This document shows, piece by piece, positions 58,775 to 64,000 of a stretch of DNA of 64,000 bases. The stretch covers positions 800,001 to 864,000 of the forward strand of contig CAWKFG010000004.1 in assembly GCA_963848965.1 (NCBI GenBank), read 5' to 3'. A model generated the notes under the pieces. That model saw only the letters and a list, made by a program, of their open reading frames with translations. It did not search any database and had not been told where the DNA came from. A program made the position numbers and the translations under genes. The DNA comes from an uncultured bacterium. GTDB taxonomy: Bacteria; Babelota; Babeliae; Babelales; Babelaceae. How positions within the stretch are numbered: the stretch's first letter is position 1; every line of letters begins with the position of its first letter.

Positions 58775-60235
58775 TTAGTAATGAAAATAATTTTGAACTC
58801 TATGGTATGTATTAATCATTGTTGAAAAAAGCGAAGGTATCTTAAAATAAGATATAAGCACATTTTTATGCTTACAGTTCTCAAATAAATCTTTGTAGTA
58901 AGGATCAATTAAAGTCTTCCAACCGAACTTTTTCAGCTTTGCTATCAGTACTAATTCTGCAACGCTAAGAACTTTTAAGGACTCTTCTACATCATAAATC
59001 CATAAGTATGATTCTTTTAAGGATTCACGACTTGTAAGGACATATATTCGTACCTTATCTCGGTCCCAGTAAACAGGAGTATAATCAATACGAGCATCGT
59101 AAGGATAGCTATTTATTAAAATTGGATTAGAGGTATTATTAATATTCCAGAGATACATTCGTTCTTGATTAATTAAAACAATATTTTTACTGCTTAAATC
59201 CACAGAAACTACTAGATTCACATCATTATCATTTAATTTTATCTGCCTTATAGGACATCCTTTTTCTATATTTTTAAGATCATAGATGTAGCAACCAAAT
59301 GAGGAGGTAGCGACCAAAAGTGTTCCATCTGGACTTACAGTAAAAGAAGATCCTAGACAATGATTTGGTAGCTCTTTAAAAGGAAGTCTATGCCACTGTA
59401 AAGTAGCAATATTCAAAAAATCTATACAAAGTTGTTTTCCTGTTGCTACTAAGAAATCTCCTTGAGGAGTAAATTGGATTCCAGATAGTCTGTACTCCGA
59501 TCCATGATCTCTTTTTAAGATTTGAACTAACGAACTTCCAGGAAGAGCAGTAAGGTCTAATGTATAGTAGTACGCGCTATTTTTTTCCACTTCACTATTA
59601 GAGTAAAGCATTAGGAGAGTTCTTTGAGCATTTATTGCAAAATAACATCTAGAACCTAATACTTTTTCAAATTTTTTAATACATATGCCTTGATCTATAT
59701 CCCATAAGCATACAGTATCTTTATGCGCCGTAAAAAGGTGATTAGTACGAGGAACAAGAATTAGAGAAAGAATAGGTTCTGAACTCCGAAGAAAAGATTT
59801 CATTTCTAAAGAAGGATAAGAAAATATTCGTTCTCCACACCATTTGCTTTCGGTGTACGGAGGATTTATCTGTTCAAACTCATTCTGTAACAGCAATAAA
59901 GAATCAGTACCTTGTATAAGTTCGTGAAAATATCCTTCACGTACATTCTTTGGCAGTGCTTGTATTTTAGGAATAATCTGTATTTTAAAGATATCCCAAT
60001 AAAGAGGTAAATTTTCGTTTATTAGCTCTCTTCTTATAGTATCTATTAACTCTTGAGAAAGTTCTTTATTATCTAGTTTTTTAATAAGCTCTTGTGACTC
60101 ACAATTAATGAGATTATAAGCAAGTTTTGTACATGCTATCTCTTTTAATGGCGGTGCATTATAAATAGGTTTATAGTGCAATGAATAGATTATATTACAG
60201 AAAACTAATGGTATTATATAAAGGATATTTTTCAT
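58775..60235 (-). CDS. Secreted WD40-like beta-propeller protein
   Basis: VCLWDI, IQFTPQG, VSPDGTLL, IYDL and YLWNI repeats. Confidence 0.7.
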   Translation of the reverse strand: MKNILYIIPLVFCNIIYSLHYKPIYNAPPLKEIACTKLAYNLINCESQELIKKLDNKELSQELIDTIRRELINENLPLYWDIFKIQIIPKIQALPKNVREGYFHELIQGTDSLLLLQNEFEQINPPYTESKWCGERIFSYPSLEMKSFLRSSEPILSLILVPRTNHLFTAHKDTVCLWDIDQGICIKKFEKVLGSRCYFAINAQRTLLMLYSNSEVEKNSAYYYTLDLTALPGSSLVQILKRDHGSEYRLSGIQFTPQGDFLVATGKQLCIDFLNIATLQWHRLPFKELPNHCLGSSFTVSPDGTLLVATSSFGCYIYDLKNIEKGCPIRQIKLNDNDVNLVVSVDLSSKNIVLINQERMYLWNINNTSNPILINSYPYDARIDYTPVYWDRDKVRIYVLTSRESLKESYLWIYDVEESLKVLSVAELVLIAKLKKFGWKTLIDPYYKDLFENCKHKNVLISYFKIPSLFSTMINTYHRVQNYFHY

Positions 60236-60269
60236 TGTAAAATTCCAGTAAGCGCGGAAACCGGGCCTT

Positions 60270-60465
60270 TTAAGGCGCGTCAGTCTTCGCTAAAGCTTCG
60301 CCCAACAAGGAGGAAGCGCAGGTTAAATAATTATAACTATAACCATCACATGCATGAATAAGCTTACAATACTTGTAGCTTATACCTTGTATTGTAGAGC
60401 TATCAGTGACAATATTGAAAAAGCCATTAGCTCTTATTGTTATCAATAACGAATACGTATGACAT
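60270..60465 (-). pseudogene. iscB: iscB remnant
   Basis: MSYVFVIDNNK (start of the PLMP domain) joined out of frame to RANGFFNI...QGISYKYCKLIHACDGYSY (IscB C-terminus); RuvC and HNH regions absent. Confidence 0.82.
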
Positions 60466-60479
60466 AGTATCCTTTATAA

Positions 60480-60718
60480 TAATCTCCCCTAACGGGGGTA
60501 AAGTTTGCCTCGCTCATGTTATAAGGCGGTATATAGTAAGAGCACTGACTTATACCCTCAATCTGTTTAACCCTTACATTACAGAGCATGGAACTGGCAA
60601 GTATTCCATGGTGTGATCTTTAACTCTCCCTTATAACGTAGTCAAAAGCAGAGGCCTTTGACTTGAGCTGGTCAACGTGAGCTTTTACATGCTACGCCCT
60701 TTGGGCGTGGTAGTTGAC
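60480..60718 (-). ncRNA. HEARO RNA / IscB omega-RNA scaffold
   Basis: Ordered motifs GTCAAC..GTTGACCAG, CTACGTT, TGGAATAC..GCCAGTTCCATGCTCT, TTAAACAG, CAGTG, AACATGAGCGAGG, TTACC. Confidence 0.85.
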
Positions 60719-60975
60719 TGCTAACTCTTTACAAGTAGTAAACTGTGGATATACACAGAAAGCTTATACATTATAGTTATCACATATATAAGTAAGCGTA
60801 ACCTACTTATATAATAAAAAACTCCCTTACAAGAACAAAGTAATCAATAGCTTGCTTGTAAACCTTAGATAATACTATCTTTTTCTTTATGCTCACTTTT
60901 TAAAATATTCTATTTATCATAAAAAATCAATAAGATTTAGTAAATTGCTCTAAAAACTATAAAAAGTAAATAAAA
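60719..60975 (-). repeat. Conserved 5-prime leader, copy C (separated from its gene by the IscB element)
   Basis: Colinear with 53710-53975. Confidence 0.8.
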
Positions 60976-61117
60976 TCAGATCTTTTACTTAAGAACTCGT
61001 ACAAAGGAGTTAAAACGACATCAACTACCTTTTAAAAATTAAATTTTTATTGAATTTAAATTGAATAATAGTTTAAAATATTAAAAATAAGCTTTAAATA
61101 AAGTATAGGATTTTAAC

Positions 61118-62122
61118 ATGAATAAAATACTTTTGGCCTTATATAATTTAATAATTTTAAGTAGTTTGTGTCTTTATGCAATGGAACAAAGCTCTTCGGA
61201 TCTACAAATTATAAATAACACTAACGAGAACTTCTATATACTTCTAACCTCAGCTGATGAGCATGAGCGAGACACTCAAATAGACACACTTGTAAGTAAT
61301 ATTACAGGAGATTCTAAAAAAACTTTAGGAAGAAGTTTAAAGCCTGGAGGTATTTTTAATATAACTAATTACACCTCTCAGAATTCAATCCAAGGCAACT
61401 TCCAAGATAAAGTATCAGTCAACCCCCAAGATTTAGCAATCATCAGCAACTATGCTGAAGTACAAAAAGTTCTTAACCAACCCGGAACTAAAGTTATTAC
61501 CCTACAAAAGCAGCTTAAAGCTCCTTGGTATTATGTAGGTACACCTATTACGGATTTTACTATCGATGCAAAAGCCGTTTCTACGCCACTTAAAGAACTT
61601 ATTGAACTTGAGGAAGGAAAGAAAGTTACTCAACAGCCAGAATATAAAGAGGAAGCTGAGAAAGCTTTAGCACAGCTTAAGAGAGCTAGCATAGATCCTC
61701 GCATTCAAGAAGTGGCACGCGAACCTTTTATGATCGCTATTAGACAACAAGATAAAAATGCTGTAATTAGTTTTCTTCAAGCAGGCATTGATCCCAACTT
61801 TACTGATCCATCAGGACAGACTCCTCTTATAAGCGCACTAGCATCTGAAGCTTTTGATATAGCAAAGCTTCTTATTGAAAACAATGCCGATGTTAATGTC
61901 CAAAATGAAGATAAAATGACTCCACTTATGGCTCTATTAACTACCAAAGAAACAGATCAAAGCAGAGTCAAAGAAATAGAAACACTAGTAAGACTCCTTC
62001 TTAATAAGCACGCCGATACTAACTTGAAAAATAACTTAGGCCAAACAGCACTAGATCTGGCACGCTATAATTACTCTGATAATCCTACTCTTATAACATT
62101 ACTAGAACAACATAGCAAATAG
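61118..62122 (+). CDS. Secreted protein with C-terminal ankyrin repeats
   Basis: Signal peptide ending AME; GQTPL, KMTPL, GQTAL. Confidence 0.85.
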   Translation: MNKILLALYNLIILSSLCLYAMEQSSSDLQIINNTNENFYILLTSADEHERDTQIDTLVSNITGDSKKTLGRSLKPGGIFNITNYTSQNSIQGNFQDKVSVNPQDLAIISNYAEVQKVLNQPGTKVITLQKQLKAPWYYVGTPITDFTIDAKAVSTPLKELIELEEGKKVTQQPEYKEEAEKALAQLKRASIDPRIQEVAREPFMIAIRQQDKNAVISFLQAGIDPNFTDPSGQTPLISALASEAFDIAKLLIENNADVNVQNEDKMTPLMALLTTKETDQSRVKEIETLVRLLLNKHADTNLKNNLGQTALDLARYNYSDNPTLITLLEQHSK

Positions 62123-62433
62123 CTACAAATTTTTTAGGATCACAGTAAAAGAAGATTGCTTGCTTTAGAATAACGCCCTGATCATTATTTTCTCCTTACT
62201 ACCCTTTGATTATTATGTACTGCAAACAATACGTAAACTCAATAACATCGAGTACAGCATACTCTAAATAAGAATGACCCTAACGGCAATGATAGAAATA
62301 GTAAGATCTAGTATACTCTTCATATAAATAAATTTTTTATTGACTCTATTAGGACTTCATTTTACTCTGCTAATAATCTTAATAGATCTCTTAATCTTTT
62401 CCAACAGACCTTAATGTCTAATAAGGAGTTTTC

Positions 62434-63108
62434 GTGATAAAAGTTCTATTTTTATCTTTGTTTATCCTTGTAACAACAAATATACAAGGAATGGAGCAAG
62501 CAGTTCCAAAGGTATTTAACGCTATTCAGGAAAATTTCAGAGGGTTAGCTCACAATATGCTTTCTGAAATTGATACTGGACTCTATGTTTTGGTAGATGA
62601 TGTACTCAGAGATCACCGAAAAATTCAATCTAATAATGGAAACGTATCTACAATTTCAGCAGCTCTTCGTAACCCTAATCTCTTTATAGTAAATGAGGAA
62701 CATAGCAATATAGCAGAACTTCTAAGTGAAGAAGAAATAACTGCAGTAAAAGCAAACAAATACTTCATATCAATACTCAACCAAAAACAAAAAGAAGTAC
62801 TTCTTCACCATATTCATAAATATAATCAAAACTTATTCAATGAGATAAGATCACAATTAGCATACATACATAAAGAAGATCCGGCTGTATCTCAAAAAAT
62901 AACTGACACCAAAAATGTTCAAGAACTTAAAACTGTTTTAAATACTAAAGAAGTACACAAGACTCTTAAAAATCTCATGTTAACGCTTGAGGCAGAAACT
63001 GAAACACTAAAAGTGCTCAAAGAATGTCTACAAATACTTAGAAGCTTGGTTACTCGTCTTACTTACTTTGTACAAGCGGAAGAAGCCTTTACCACAACGG
63101 CTAAATAA
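62434..63108 (+). CDS. Hypothetical secreted helical protein
   Basis: GTG start after AAGGAG; signal peptide ending GME. Confidence 0.7.
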   Translation: MIKVLFLSLFILVTTNIQGMEQAVPKVFNAIQENFRGLAHNMLSEIDTGLYVLVDDVLRDHRKIQSNNGNVSTISAALRNPNLFIVNEEHSNIAELLSEEEITAVKANKYFISILNQKQKEVLLHHIHKYNQNLFNEIRSQLAYIHKEDPAVSQKITDTKNVQELKTVLNTKEVHKTLKNLMLTLEAETETLKVLKECLQILRSLVTRLTYFVQAEEAFTTTAK

Positions 63109-63175
63109 TTAGCATTTCAGCTATAGTAACAAAATACAGGCACATATAAATAAGACAAGCTTATTATATTTTCTT

Positions 63176-64000
63176 TTACTCAATCTTACAGCCGGCTACT
63201 TTTGAAACAGCTTCTTTTGATTGTTGAAAAGATCTTGTAGCAAAAGGAAAAAATAACTCTTCTCCTTTACCAGTACTTAAAACAGTATAAGCACGTTGTA
63301 TAAGTGCAAGAATTGCCTTTCGTTCAAGACCTTCAATATTCGCTTTTACTTCTTGCCAACCAGCAGTTAAATCACTCTGTGCTTTGCTGAGAGACTTGCC
63401 ATAAACTTCTAGCATACTTCTGTCTGCACTGCTAGGCCTAGGAAGAACTCCTAGTATGTATTCGGGTCTTATTGGCATTCCAGCTTTAAGAGCTTCGTCT
63501 GCACGTTTAAATAGACCACCCAAATAAGAGCATTTACCAAGGAAAATGTTTCCTTCTACGCTTGAATAAGGAATTGAATTAAACTCAACCCTATAAGGCG
63601 CAAGCGTAGCAATCTGAGAAGGCATATACCCTAGTAAGGCTGGCTGAGATATTACCATTTCTACACCGCCTTGACCAATTTCCCCTTGCATCTCAGTAGC
63701 ATAATCCTTTGGTCCCTTTATAACTTTAGGTATAGCTACGTACTGTCTGAATACGCCATGAGGGCTTAACACAAGATGAGAGATATTTCTAGGATCACTA
63801 ATCCAAACATACTCTTGAGGATATACTACCCTTGAAAGAGGTATGTCTTTGTCGGTCCCTTTTTCATATATATATTCTACAACTACTGCATCATTTCTAT
63901 TGTTTCTGATAAAGATCCGTTGTTGCTGAGAACCAGGTTCTAATTTGGCAAAGTATACAGATGGATCACGTGTTGGTTCTGATTCTTCTAGTTTTGTTAA
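63176..64000 (-). CDS. J-like family member 4 (5-prime end outside the window)
   Basis: Frame is open to the window edge: RIFIRNNRNDAV, RVVYPQE, LSPHG, RPEYILGV. Confidence 0.8.
   Translation of the reverse strand, partial: LTKLEESEPTRDPSVYFAKLEPGSQQQRIFIRNNRNDAVVVEYIYEKGTDKDIPLSRVVYPQEYVWISDPRNISHLVLSPHGVFRQYVAIPKVIKGPKDYATEMQGEIGQGGVEMVISQPALLGYMPSQIATLAPYRVEFNSIPYSSVEGNIFLGKCSYLGGLFKRADEALKAGMPIRPEYILGVLPRPSSADRSMLEVYGKSLSKAQSDLTAGWQEVKANIEGLERKAILALIQRAYTVLSTGKGEELFFPFATRSFQQSKEAVSKVAGCKIE

Larger units (their letters stand above)
60236..60718 (-). mobile_element. Non-autonomous, internally deleted IscB (IS200/IS605 superfamily) element, 483 bp
   Basis: Left end GTCAACTACCACGCCCAAAGGGCGT; HEARO RNA; iscB N- and C-terminal stubs; right end GCGCTTCCTCC...AAAAGGCCCGGTTTCCGCGC. 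Confidence 0.85.

Noticed and set aside
60719..60740. A matching target for the putative omega-RNA guide elsewhere in the window
   Set aside because: The paralogous leader at 53710 has many mismatches next to the ATGA; no close match was seen by eye
1..64000. CRISPR array, rRNA or tRNA genes
   Set aside because: No regularly spaced repeats or recognisable structural RNA motifs other than HEARO were seen

Overview
AT-rich bacterial DNA whose gene content (many signal-peptide ankyrin proteins, eukaryote-like domains, orphan secreted families) resembles an intracellular protist parasite such as Candidatus Dependentiae/Babelota; the taxon is an inference. The window opens with an ArgR-regulated argR-ABC-argG-argH operon. 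The rest is an effector-like accessory region. Main points: (1) a prokaryotic pentameric ligand-gated ion channel (pLGIC) gene closely followed by two secreted fusions of a catalytically dead PPP-type phosphatase fold and a periplasmic binding domain, with a third, mosaic-related copy nearby; (2) a 483 bp internally deleted IscB element with an apparently complete HEARO/omega-RNA, inserted exactly in front of a gene's ATGA start, plus a second right-end relic at another start codon; (3) a 1446 aa secreted polymorphic-toxin-like protein with an internal dead copy of its toxin domain and two tandem immunity-like genes; (4) four expanded secreted families (ankyrin with constant C-terminus, HPD-less J-like, EreA/TraB-like, ankyrin-MYND), many with a signal peptide followed by Met-Glu; (5) an intact IS1202-type element with 17 bp target duplication, and several gene relics. 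All family calls are from motif recognition by eye; no searches were run.
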